From: a bacterium
GTDB taxonomy: Bacteria > SZUA-182 > DTGQ01
Assembly (NCBI GenBank): GCA_040755755.1
Contig: JBFLZW010000072.1
Coordinates: 12,574 to 76,573, forward strand
DNA: 64,000 nt
Direction: 5' to 3'
The notes under the pieces are model-generated. The model did not search any database and had not been told where the DNA came from. It saw nothing but the letters and a program-made list of their open reading frames with translations. Positions 1 to 8,377 of this stretch are shown piece by piece. The position numbers were made by a program, and so were the translations under genes. Numbering within the stretch: the stretch's first letter is position 1; every line of letters starts with the position of its first letter.

Positions 1-591
1 GGAATTCCGCTCCGTGGATACTTCGCTCTGCCCTGCTGAAGTCAGATATCCCACCACATTCCAGTGCTGGTACGGGATATTCTTCAATTCCTCAAATTGA
101 GCGGCCCCTTCAACACCCTCACCAAGGATCAGGGTATTTTTCCCTGCCGGTATTTTCCGTGAAATTTTGGGTTCAAGGCAGGAGTAAACAAATCGCCAGC
201 CAAACAGAAAGAGGATGTTCAGAATCCATTCAAAGAAACAGATATACCGGGACAGGCTGACATTCACCTGGTAATAGCTTCGCAATCCGTGGATGGAGGC
301 GAAAATAATGATCGTACTTAAGGTTGCAGCCTTAAAAACCTTTTCAATAATCTCGTAGGCAGGACTCTCTTCATTCAGGTCATAGGCTCCGAAAAAGAAC
401 AGGAAAAACAATCTGATGCAGGTGGCAGCCAAGGCAAAGGTCCGGTAGAAAATCCACAGAGAGCCATGAAAATAGATTTCCTCTCCTGGATACAGGAGAT
501 ATCCGCCGATTATGGCCAGGTTGATAAACAGGATATCAACCAGGACCGATACGGCTTTTCTCTGATTATTCTTCGGTGACAGACCTTTCAT
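1..591 (-). CDS. Membrane sugar transferase (polyprenyl glycosylphosphotransferase, WbaP/EpsB-like), N-terminal 197 codons; the rest lies beyond the window start
   Basis: Not in the supplied ORF track. My own minus-strand translation from the ATG at 591-589 reads MKGLSPKNNQRKAVSVLVDILFINLAIIGGYLLYPGEE... It shows four hydrophobic helices, then NTLILGEGVEGAAQFEEL (Rossmann-like linker typical of priming glycosyltransferases). The frame is open to position 1. Confidence 0.4.
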   Translation of the reverse strand, partial: MKGLSPKNNQRKAVSVLVDILFINLAIIGGYLLYPGEEIYFHGSLWIFYRTFALAATCIRLFFLFFFGAYDLNEESPAYEIIEKVFKAATLSTIIIFASIHGLRSYYQVNVSLSRYICFFEWILNILFLFGWRFVYSCLEPKISRKIPAGKNTLILGEGVEGAAQFEELKNIPYQHWNVVGYLTSAGQSEVSTERNS

Positions 592-613
592 TACCTTATT
601 CCACCTGTTGTAA

Positions 614-760
614 CAGTGATCAGTGATCAGTGGTCAGTGATCAGTGGTCAGGAGCGCAAGGCGTTATCCTGCGCAGTGGCCAAAACACAGCTCCCTGAAC
701 TCGGGTGATCAGTTTATAGCGATTAGTGATCGTTACTGCTTTACTGGCCACTGATCACTT
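614..760. repeat. Heptanucleotide array (CAGTGRT)5 at 614-651 with an inverted partner (CTGGCCACTGATCAC) at 745-758
   Basis: Direct reading: cagtgatcagtgatcagtggtcagtgatcagtggtcag ... ttactggccactgatcactt. The same motif family occurs at 8306-8336, 9082-9151 and 57716-57740. Confidence 0.85.
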
Positions 761-769
761 TTCTACTCT

Positions 770-1696
770 TTAATGAACCACCGTATTTTCCACCGCAGGC
801 TCCGGCAGTATCTTCATGGCCGCAACCTCCGGCTCCATCAGCCATTTTTCTGATAAGGTCAGGGCTTGGGGAATGCACTCGATAATCTTATTGACCTGGG
901 TGGCCGGGGTCGGCCTGGCCAGTCTTCCTGCCTCACGGTTGGCCCGGGCCGCAATCAGACAGGCATCGATCAGGTCGATGCCCCGGTAAGCCAGGGCGGA
1001 TAAAATGCCGGTTATGGTATCTCCGGTGCCGCCAATAGCTTCCAGTTCCGGGATGGAGGGTTCGCTCATGCTGTGGTAAATTTGCCCGCCACGGCAGATA
1101 TGATCGGTGCTTCCTTTCACGAAGAGGATATCGGCTGCATTTTTCCAGTGATAAGCCCGCTGGACCAGTTCGCTGGCCTGCTCGTTCATATGCCAGATGA
1201 ACCCCCGGGTGTAAGCCGGATGGGCCGCTTTCTCATCCGCCAGAAAAGCCAGCTCTCCCATATCGGGAGTAAAAATGTCGTAATAGGGTGCATGGCCGCC
1301 TGCCTTGGCCACATACATGGAGCCTGCATCGGCAATGAGCAGCGGTTTTTGCCTCACCAGTTTGATGGCTTTAATCAACCGGTTATTTTTCAGGATATCC
1401 GGCATGATATAGTGGAAAACCATAACCTGCGGATTCAATTCTGAAACGTGTTCGGTAAGGTAGTTATACACCTTGCTGCTGCCGTCCCGCTTGCCAATGT
1501 CCCCGGCCACGACGCACAGCGGAGCGTCCAGGCCGTATTGCTGACAGACCACGGCCACCGTGGTCATCATGGCCGCAGTCCCCCGGTTCTGATCCAGCAG
1601 ATGGCCATTGATCACCAGTCCTTCGGAAGTGAGAATTCCCTGTCCGGCCAGGAGCGGTAATCCCTGCACGGGTATAGTGCCTGCCAAAACTAACAT
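770..1696 (-). CDS. Ribokinase-fold carbohydrate kinase family protein (YjeF-C / NAD(P)HX dehydratase-like)
   Basis: 308-aa ORF. The C-terminal signature AIGGTGDTITGIL resembles the GG[ST]GD anion-hole motif of YjeF-C/ribokinase-fold enzymes. Its start overlaps the stop of the upstream gene by 7 nt. Confidence 0.5.
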   Translation of the reverse strand: MLVLAGTIPVQGLPLLAGQGILTSEGLVINGHLLDQNRGTAAMMTTVAVVCQQYGLDAPLCVVAGDIGKRDGSSKVYNYLTEHVSELNPQVMVFHYIMPDILKNNRLIKAIKLVRQKPLLIADAGSMYVAKAGGHAPYYDIFTPDMGELAFLADEKAAHPAYTRGFIWHMNEQASELVQRAYHWKNAADILFVKGSTDHICRGGQIYHSMSEPSIPELEAIGGTGDTITGILSALAYRGIDLIDACLIAARANREAGRLARPTPATQVNKIIECIPQALTLSEKWLMEPEVAAMKILPEPAVENTVVH

Positions 1697-2256
1697 CGTT
1701 GTTCCTCCATAATTTTCAAAGCCTCTTCATAGGCCACGCTCAGGGAGTAAGCGCACAGGGTATAGCCGAGCTTGCGCGGATTGGGAGCATCGGAAAGGCG
1801 CTTGCCGATCATCTCCGAAGCCAGGTATGGGACGTCGGGACATCCTCCGCCGGAAATGTTGACGATTTTCCAGCTCAACTTATGAACCGTAATCTTCATA
1901 TTGGCCGCTTTGATCATCAGATAATCCCCAAAGTCGGTTATCCGGCAGAGCTTCAGCGGCTCCAGACGGTCTCCGGAAAGCGGCAGAACATCAAGAGGGG
2001 CAATACCTTCCTCTTTCAGGCGTCGGACTATTCCCAACTGCTCCACCAGGGGAAAATCGATAGCCAGATCACAGCCGGTTCGATACTGCGCCGGCGGGCT
2101 TACGACCCCGATCTGATAACCACTGGATTTTAAAACCTCTTCGGCTTTTATGACCTCAGTGGTATTGGAAAATATCAAAAGTCCCCTGGCCTGCTGTGAA
2201 TCGGCATCGCTTGGGGTCTTTTTATTATCAAAAATCCTGTTTAACAGATTCTTCAT
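1690..2256 (-). CDS. DUF3343 (putative Se/S carrier-like) domain protein with an unassigned Cys-containing C-terminal domain
   Basis: 188-aa ORF. The N-terminal GLLIFSNTTEVIKAEEVLKSSGY..VVSPPAQYRTGCDLAIDF fits the DUF3343 pattern with its conserved Cys. The C-terminal half carries GGGCPD. Confidence 0.5.
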   Translation of the reverse strand: MKNLLNRIFDNKKTPSDADSQQARGLLIFSNTTEVIKAEEVLKSSGYQIGVVSPPAQYRTGCDLAIDFPLVEQLGIVRRLKEEGIAPLDVLPLSGDRLEPLKLCRITDFGDYLMIKAANMKITVHKLSWKIVNISGGGCPDVPYLASEMIGKRLSDAPNPRKLGYTLCAYSLSVAYEEALKIMEEQRC

Positions 2257-2286
2257 GACTCTCTCGTTCCTTCATTCACCAGGAGC

Positions 2287-2985
2287 TCAATCTCTGGGAC
2301 CAAAGATGGCACTCCCCACCCGGACCAGGGTAGCTCCTTCCTCGATAGCTACCTCGAAATCGTGAGACATGCCCATGGATAGAGTTTTCAGAGGAGATGG
2401 CAAATACCGGTTGAGCTGATCGCGCACATCCCGCAAACCGGCAAAATATGGCCTCACCTTTTCAGGATCATCGACCTCGGGCGGTATGGTCATCAGCCCT
2501 TCCAGAGAAAGATGGGGCAGCTTGATGATCTGCCCTGCCATCTCCCCTGCCTCCTGCGGCGCGATACCGGATTTTGATTCCTCCCCGGCCATATTTATCT
2601 GGATAAGGATCGACTGTATCTTTCCTTCTCTTTGTGCCCGCTGACTGATCAGCCGGGCCAGTTCCAGAGAATCCACCGTATGAATCAGGGTAAAGAGGGG
2701 AACAGCCAGCTTGACTTTATTGCTCTGCAGATGACCGATCAGATGCCACTCGATCGGATATCCGGTCAGCAGGGGAATTTTCTCCTGAGCCTCCTGAACA
2801 TAATTTTCACCCAAAACCCTGGCCCCGGCATCGACAGCCTGGCGGATCTTTTCCATGCTCTGCTTCTTGCTGACCGCAACCAGGGTAATTTCCTCCGGTG
2901 AGCGGCCAGCCCGAAGCGCTGCCCGGTCAATGCGCTCTTTGATCCTTTGCCAGTTTTCCTTTATGCTTACGGTATTCTGGACCAT
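2287..2985 (-). CDS. yggS: YggS-family pyridoxal-phosphate homeostasis protein
   Basis: 232 aa with VAVSKKQ (PLP Lys), GENYVQEA, WHLIGHLQSNK and SMGMSHDFEVAIEEGATLVRVGSAIFG. This is full-length family architecture. Confidence 0.85.
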   Translation of the reverse strand: MVQNTVSIKENWQRIKERIDRAALRAGRSPEEITLVAVSKKQSMEKIRQAVDAGARVLGENYVQEAQEKIPLLTGYPIEWHLIGHLQSNKVKLAVPLFTLIHTVDSLELARLISQRAQREGKIQSILIQINMAGEESKSGIAPQEAGEMAGQIIKLPHLSLEGLMTIPPEVDDPEKVRPYFAGLRDVRDQLNRYLPSPLKTLSMGMSHDFEVAIEEGATLVRVGSAIFGPRD

Positions 2986-3007
2986 CTCAATCTCTCCCCA
3001 GGGCCTG

Positions 3008-4405
3008 TTATTTCAAAACCGCCTCTTCCAGGCAGGGTGCATCACACCTGCCCTGGCTGCATTGATCTTCCGCCATATCCTGCGCTACCTCTTCCACTTT
3101 CTCCAGGAACATCATAAGATCGGCAGGAGTATGGGCCGTGGAAATCGCCCCGCCGCCGTGCATTACAAATACCCCTTTGTTTAACAGCCGCATCCTCAAC
3201 TCCTTTTCCCGCTTTTCCAGATCACAGTCTACAGCCAGGGCATGGGAATCTTTCAGCTCTTCCAGCCTGACCTTGGGGAAATGAGTCATAAACAGGGAAC
3301 CGATACCCGTACACCTGGCCGCAATCCCATGCCGGGCAAAAGCCCTCTCGATACCGCCCCTGACTTGAATTCCGGCAGCTTCAAGAGAGGGATAAATTTC
3401 CCGGGCATTTTCTTCGAGATGCCGCAGCATGGCTATGCCTGCCGTCATGCACAGGGGTGCACAGGAGAACGTCCCTCCGCCGATGAGTGTTTTCCGGTAT
3501 TCAGGCAGATTAGCCGTCGGACTGCACAGCTCCATGATATCCGCCCGGCCGGCGACTGCACCGATGGGCATCCCGCCGCCCAGGATCTTGCCCAGGGTGG
3601 TAAGATCGGGAGTAATATTATAGAGCCCCTGGGCTCCTCCCAGACCCACCCGAAAGCCGGTGATGATCTCGTCGAAGATGAGCAAAGCTCCGGCTTTCTG
3701 CGTCTCCTCACGGATGACTTTCAGGAATTCCCGGTCTCCGGGGATAAAACCGCCCTCGCCCAGGATCGGTTCCATGATGACCGCAGCCAGATCATCGGCA
3801 TGTTCTCTGATCCGGTCAAAAGCCTCCTGGGTATCGTTGAACCGGACCAGAACGGTATTCTGGATGGCATCCTCACAGGCACCGCCCCGCTTTCCCTGAT
3901 TCAGGTCCGGGTTGTCGATCGTGGCTGAATGCGTGCCCGCACCATGCCATGATCCTTCCATTTTGATAAACTTCTGCCGGTCAGTAAAGGCCCGGGCCAG
4001 CCTGCGGGCATAAATGACCGCTTCGGTGCCGGAGCAGCAGAAGCGGACCTTTTCCGCCGAAGGGATGAGCCTGCTTACGATTTCGGCCAGTTCGATCTGA
4101 AGCTCATGAACAATGCCCCACTGGACACCCTCCCGCACCTGCCTCTCCAGGGCGGAGGTGACCTGCCACGGCGTGTGCCCCAGAATGTTCAGGTAATGCC
4201 CCATCCAAAAATCCAGATACTCGTTGCCGTCAACGTCCCAGAACCGGGGCCCCTCGGCCCTGGCCAGATAACAGGGGTAGGGAGCGAAATAGCGCAAATT
4301 GTGGCTCACCCCGCCAGCCATGACCCGCGAGGCGCGGGTGTACAGATCGAGAGATTTCCCGGTCCGGGATCGATACTTTTGGTATTCCTGATTCAGAGAA
4401 CTCAT
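3008..4405 (-). CDS. Class-III aminotransferase (glutamate-1-semialdehyde 2,1-aminomutase-like)
   Basis: 465 aa with FWDVDGNEYLDF, DEIITGFRVGLGGAQ and TLGKILGGGMPIGAV (PLP-lysine context), typical of HemL-like class-III enzymes. Confidence 0.7.
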   Translation of the reverse strand: MSSLNQEYQKYRSRTGKSLDLYTRASRVMAGGVSHNLRYFAPYPCYLARAEGPRFWDVDGNEYLDFWMGHYLNILGHTPWQVTSALERQVREGVQWGIVHELQIELAEIVSRLIPSAEKVRFCCSGTEAVIYARRLARAFTDRQKFIKMEGSWHGAGTHSATIDNPDLNQGKRGGACEDAIQNTVLVRFNDTQEAFDRIREHADDLAAVIMEPILGEGGFIPGDREFLKVIREETQKAGALLIFDEIITGFRVGLGGAQGLYNITPDLTTLGKILGGGMPIGAVAGRADIMELCSPTANLPEYRKTLIGGGTFSCAPLCMTAGIAMLRHLEENAREIYPSLEAAGIQVRGGIERAFARHGIAARCTGIGSLFMTHFPKVRLEELKDSHALAVDCDLEKREKELRMRLLNKGVFVMHGGGAISTAHTPADLMMFLEKVEEVAQDMAEDQCSQGRCDAPCLEEAVLK

Positions 4406-4410
4406 GTTGA

Positions 4411-5619
4411 CTACCCTTCCATTTCTGCCTGCAGCTCCGGAACATCAAGGCGCAGCCTGCCGGTGCAGCCGATAACTACGGTCTGGTCCGGCCGGATCAT
4501 TCCCTTTTTGGCCAGCTTCTCCACTCCGGCCAGAGCAGCCAGAGATTCAAGACCTGCCTTCCCTTTGGGAATGCCATCGGCATGGAACAGCTCCAAAAGC
4601 CGCGGAAATTCTTTCAGTTCAGTTTTCTTTCCACCTTCAAAAACATCTTCAAACGTCACGCCGATCCTGCACAGATGAGGATAGGATTCAAAAATTTTCG
4701 GAATACCGATGCCGATTACATAGGTATCGAGAACCGGTACCACCCGCTTGCCAACCGTACCTTCAACCAGACCGCGGGAGGCCAGAACCATCGGAGCGCA
4801 TCCTGCGGGCTGAATGCCGCCAAAGTTCGGGCTCTTTTTGAAAACCTCCGTGCATCCCTTCCAGAAGGAAAAGATGCCCGTACCACTGCCCAGTCCCTGA
4901 ACATACCAGTCAGGGATCCGGCCCAGGTCCTCCAGAACCTCAAGACCCAGGGTTTTCATCCCCTCGATTCTCATCTGGTTGTAAAACCAGTATTCTATGG
5001 GCAGATTCATCTTGTCGGCAAAGGCATAGGCATTGGCAATGGCCTCATCGAAGGTAGTGCCGCTGTAGTGGATCTGGACATAGCTGTAATCATATGCGCC
5101 GTCGCCGGACATCATCCGGTTATACAACTCCTCCCACCGCTCACGGGCATTATTCGGGACAAACATGTGCAGGCCCATCCTGCTGATGGCTGCTCCCCGG
5201 CAGTGAGAGATACCGCTGTCTCCGGTGCTGGCACCCACCAGTTCCCGGTAGCCCATCTCCTTCAGCCGGGAGAGGGTCATGAAGGCTTCCCGGTCCTTGA
5301 AGGTCTCGGTAGGCTGCATGGAATCCAGCTTGACATAGACCTCGGATAATCCAAACTGCCGGGCAATGTTGTGGCAGCGAATGAGCGGAATCTTTTTGAT
5401 ACCCAGCTCGATTGCGTTTTCCATATTGAAGAGGGGGAGAATTTCATGAAAACGCCATACCGAATCACCATACCGGGGATCGGGATAATTATCCCAGTTA
5501 ACCTCCGGATAGTAGAATGGCAACAGTCCCTCCGGCGAGCAGTCGCAGTTTCTGACATGTTTATTAACATCATGGATTTTGCCGCACTTGACACACTGGC
5601 GATAAAATTGGCGGGCCAT
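4411..5619 (-). CDS. PLP-dependent enzyme of the Trp-synthase-beta fold (threonine synthase / cysteate synthase-like) with an N-terminal Zn-ribbon
   Basis: CVKCGKIH..NCDC Cys cluster, TETFKDREAF (PLP Lys as in the SFKDR of threonine synthases) and a GLGSGTGIF glycine loop. I prefer the ATG at 5619, preceded by AAGGAGG. The track start at 5640 is a GTG inside that RBS. Confidence 0.65.
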   Translation of the reverse strand: MARQFYRQCVKCGKIHDVNKHVRNCDCSPEGLLPFYYPEVNWDNYPDPRYGDSVWRFHEILPLFNMENAIELGIKKIPLIRCHNIARQFGLSEVYVKLDSMQPTETFKDREAFMTLSRLKEMGYRELVGASTGDSGISHCRGAAISRMGLHMFVPNNARERWEELYNRMMSGDGAYDYSYVQIHYSGTTFDEAIANAYAFADKMNLPIEYWFYNQMRIEGMKTLGLEVLEDLGRIPDWYVQGLGSGTGIFSFWKGCTEVFKKSPNFGGIQPAGCAPMVLASRGLVEGTVGKRVVPVLDTYVIGIGIPKIFESYPHLCRIGVTFEDVFEGGKKTELKEFPRLLELFHADGIPKGKAGLESLAALAGVEKLAKKGMIRPDQTVVIGCTGRLRLDVPELQAEMEG

Positions 5620-5654
5620 AAAAAGGATCCTCCTTTCCACATGCGGCCCTCTTC

Positions 5655-5716
5655 AGAGGGCGGTTTTCTTACAACGAAATACTTAAGAGGGCGGTTTTCT
5701 TACAACGAAATACTTA
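5655..5716. repeat. Perfect 31-bp tandem duplication (agagggcggttttcttacaacgaaatactta x2)
   Basis: Copies at 5655-5685 and 5686-5716 are identical on direct reading. The second copy contains the YedE-like stop codon (5714-5716). A gccctc-ttca-gagggc hairpin abuts it at 5645-5660. Confidence 0.9.
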
Positions 5717-6877
5717 CATTCCGGATGAACGATAATGCTTCCTCTGGTATTCTTCCGGAACTTCCCATTGCTCTTCCTGAGCAACCGATATCTTCCGGGC
5801 TTTAATCTTCCGGGTCCGAAAAGCGATACCGACCGCCAGAAGAAAAACCAAGCCGGTCAGTACGGCGACTTTACCGGCAAAGGTAGCGCCGGCAATGGTA
5901 GCGCGAATCTCCCAGCTTTGAACGATCCCTCCTCCGATCAGCATGCCCAGGAGAGTCAGACCTGCATCCGTATTCCCCTCACCGGCCATGATAACCTGCC
6001 GAAAAGGGCATCCGTTGGCCAGGACCGAGATCCCGCCCACCAGAAACATTCCCAGAAAGGACCAGCCATGAGCCAGATGAGATCCCGGCTGGCCGTTGAT
6101 GCCAAGCCGGAAATGTCCGGTCAGAAGGGCCAGCCCCAGGGCTGTCAGGAACATGGCCAGAATGCCCTTGAGCAGAAAGCCGTTTCTGGCGATAAAAAAG
6201 TTCCGGAATCCGGCCATCATGCAAAAAGTCGACCGCTGCGCAAACCCGCCGATCAGGATGCCAGCCAGCAGGGAAATCCAAAGCGGGGCATGCATGGCTG
6301 CCGGGCCTTTGGCACCCAGGACGATGAAAGCAGGCTTTATCAGGATGAACAGAAGCAGGATGCTAAAAAAGACCGGCATAACCAGACCGTTGACCTTGCC
6401 AATTTCCTGCTCCCTCTCCAGGGCAAAACCTCCCCGCAGGTACTGTAAGCCAAACCATACACCCGCCACAAATCCCAGAATAGCGGGAGCAGCCGTCAGG
6501 TCACCGGCAGAAAGGCGGAGCACCGATTTTACCGGACAACCGATAAACATGGCTGCCCCGACCATAAGGAAAAATCCCATCAGGAACCGGATCAGGGCGG
6601 ATGAGCCTCCCCGGACCCGAAACCGTCCGCTCATGAGGGCCATGAGAAATGAACCGATTACCAGGCCGATGATCTCTGGCCGCAGGTAGCTCATTCTCGC
6701 ATTCTGGTGCAGATGGAGGGACCCGGCAATATTTTCCAGAAAGCAGGAGATGCAGATCCCCGAATTTTCAGGATTTCCCATGATAGCCAAAAAGATGCCA
6801 AGTCCTCCCAGGAGCACTCCGGTAATAATTGCACTGCTCAGCGGTATCTTTTCTGCCTTATGGATAAGTGTTCTCAT
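5714..6877 (-). CDS. YeeE/YedE-family sulfur/selenium-compound transport membrane protein
   Basis: Polytopic membrane protein with the family's Cys motifs (GICISCF, FIGCPVKSVLR, NGCPFRQ). The start is trimmed to the ATG at 6877, 4 nt after the upstream stop. The track start at 6955 overlaps the TPR gene. Confidence 0.7.
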   Translation of the reverse strand: MRTLIHKAEKIPLSSAIITGVLLGGLGIFLAIMGNPENSGICISCFLENIAGSLHLHQNARMSYLRPEIIGLVIGSFLMALMSGRFRVRGGSSALIRFLMGFFLMVGAAMFIGCPVKSVLRLSAGDLTAAPAILGFVAGVWFGLQYLRGGFALEREQEIGKVNGLVMPVFFSILLLFILIKPAFIVLGAKGPAAMHAPLWISLLAGILIGGFAQRSTFCMMAGFRNFFIARNGFLLKGILAMFLTALGLALLTGHFRLGINGQPGSHLAHGWSFLGMFLVGGISVLANGCPFRQVIMAGEGNTDAGLTLLGMLIGGGIVQSWEIRATIAGATFAGKVAVLTGLVFLLAVGIAFRTRKIKARKISVAQEEQWEVPEEYQRKHYRSSGM

Positions 6878-6881
6878 GATT

Positions 6882-7379
6882 TCACTCACACCCCTGGCCA
6901 AGCTTTCGCTGGCAGAAATACAGATTTTGCAGAAGGTTTGCAACCTGTGCGTCATTTGGCTTCAGTTCCCTGGCACGCTTGAGCTTGGGAATGTTTTTCT
7001 GGACCATGTCCTTGAGATTGGCCGATGCCAGCTCCACAAGGTCCGGATTATTTTCGATGCTCGTGCGGCATAAGGAGATGGCCTTTTCCATGTCTCCCTG
7101 CTGGTTATAAATTGCAGCCAGAAAGACCTGCGACTCAGGTTTTTGAGGATATCTGTTCATAATGTTCTTCAATACCTTCAGGGCTTCCTCGTATTGTGCC
7201 GATTTTATAAGCCTCTCCACCTCTCCATAGAGATTCTGATCAACAGATTTTGCCTGTTGCGGCTGAGCGGAGCCTGCAACCGGAAGCGGCTCCTGATGCA
7301 GGGCAACCATACCCGTAATCAGGGCACTCAAGAGAATAATCAAGCCGATACTCAGGATATCCAGCCGGTCCATGATCAA
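6882..7379 (-). CDS. Membrane-anchored TPR-like repeat protein
   Basis: 165 aa with an N-terminal TM helix (ILSIGLIILLSALITGMVAL) and TPR-like helices (AQYEEALKVLKNIMNRYP..AAIYNQQGDMEKAISL). Confidence 0.5.
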   Translation of the reverse strand: MIMDRLDILSIGLIILLSALITGMVALHQEPLPVAGSAQPQQAKSVDQNLYGEVERLIKSAQYEEALKVLKNIMNRYPQKPESQVFLAAIYNQQGDMEKAISLCRTSIENNPDLVELASANLKDMVQKNIPKLKRARELKPNDAQVANLLQNLYFCQRKLGQGCE

Positions 7380-8287
7380 TATTCCTCGTAAGGAGACATC
7401 TTGCAGCGCCTGAGCATCTCCCTGAGAGGATCATAGTCGCTGTCTTTTACCTCGACGAAGCGCTCAAGCCCGGCACTTTTCAGAATCTTCACAACCTCTC
7501 CTCCCACCAGGGAGCTGTCTTCCTGGGTAATGCCGACGAGAAGGCTCTTGACTTTCTGAACAAGCTGAGGATCCACATGGGACAGGGCTGCAAAGGTGCA
7601 ATATGCAATTGGCTCGCTTTCAGCCACGATAGTAAAGTCATTCAGATCGATTTTCCCCTCTTCAGCCATCTGATCAAGGTCGATCCGCGGCGCTGCTCCT
7701 GCGTCATAAGCACCGAACAGGACCCCGTAGATAACCTTTTCATGCTTCCACGATCCCCCCGGAATATTATAGAAAGCCAGATCTTCATCCGGATTAATGC
7801 CGGCTTTCAGCATGAGATCATACTGGGCCAGAAAGCCCATGGGGGCCAGAGACGGTCCGAAAATCATGCTCTTGCCTTTCAGATCCTGAATGGTTTTGAT
7901 ACCGCTCTTGCGGCTGGCAATGATCGTGCCTGCATCCTTGTTGCCATACCTTCCCCGGATCTCTCCGGTCAGGGGGACGGCCTGATACCTTTCCTTAAAG
8001 ATCACATACAGGATGGAATTGGTATGGGTAAAGTCGATCTCTTTTTTCTGGACCGCAGCCTCGACATCCTGGGTGTTCAGATAAATCGATTCCACCGGCC
8101 GCTTCAACTGCTCCGCCAGATAGGCGGTGATCGGCTCGAAACGGGCTCTCGATTCAGGCAGGCTGTTGCAGATCATATAACAGATTTTCAATGGCTTTTG
8201 AGAAGAGGCCGCTGGTTTCCGGCAGCCGAAGGCCAGGGTACACCACAGCACCAGCAGGCTTAAGATGACCGCTCCCTTTTTTAACAT
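7376..8287 (-). CDS. PhnD-type (phosphate/phosphonate ABC) periplasmic substrate-binding lipoprotein
   Basis: 303 aa with a lipobox (LAFGC) and PhnD-like blocks (KICYMICNS..FEPITAYLAEQL, DFTHTNSILYV, MIFGPSLAPMGFL). Confidence 0.55.
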   Translation of the reverse strand: MLKKGAVILSLLVLWCTLAFGCRKPAASSQKPLKICYMICNSLPESRARFEPITAYLAEQLKRPVESIYLNTQDVEAAVQKKEIDFTHTNSILYVIFKERYQAVPLTGEIRGRYGNKDAGTIIASRKSGIKTIQDLKGKSMIFGPSLAPMGFLAQYDLMLKAGINPDEDLAFYNIPGGSWKHEKVIYGVLFGAYDAGAAPRIDLDQMAEEGKIDLNDFTIVAESEPIAYCTFAALSHVDPQLVQKVKSLLVGITQEDSSLVGGEVVKILKSAGLERFVEVKDSDYDPLREMLRRCKMSPYEEY

Positions 8288-8305
8288 CGTATCCTCCGTT
8301 TGAAA

Positions 8306-8336
8306 AGTGGTCAGTGGTCAGTGACCAGTGGTCAGT
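8306..8336. repeat. Heptanucleotide array (GTGRTCA/GTGACCA)4, forward orientation
   Basis: agtggtcagtggtcagtgaccagtggtcagt, read directly in the spacer between 8287 and 8378. Confidence 0.85.
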
Positions 8337-8377
8337 AAATTTTTGTCTGGCCACCGGGCACTTTTTTTCCTGACTCA

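Noticed and set aside
614-651. Possible CRISPR array, suggested by regularly spaced short repeats here and at 8306, 9082 and 57716
   Set aside because: The units are contiguous 7-mers with no unique spacers. The arrays are under 70 nt, and no cas genes are present in the window.
770-6877. Definite selenium (rather than sulfur) utilisation cluster or selenoprotein genes
   Set aside because: No selD, selA, selB, SECIS-like context or in-frame TGA-interrupted ORF was recognised in the window. Se versus S cannot be decided from sequence alone.
5714-6955. Longer N-terminal extensions given in the track for YedE-like (6955), mrpC (45637), mrpB (45932), DUF4040 (46668), mrpF (47203) and the small TM protein (41708)
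   Set aside because: The extensions overlap the preceding gene by tens to hundreds of nt and are non-hydrophobic junk. Internal ATG/GTG starts placed just after the upstream stop, some with an RBS, fit operon architecture.
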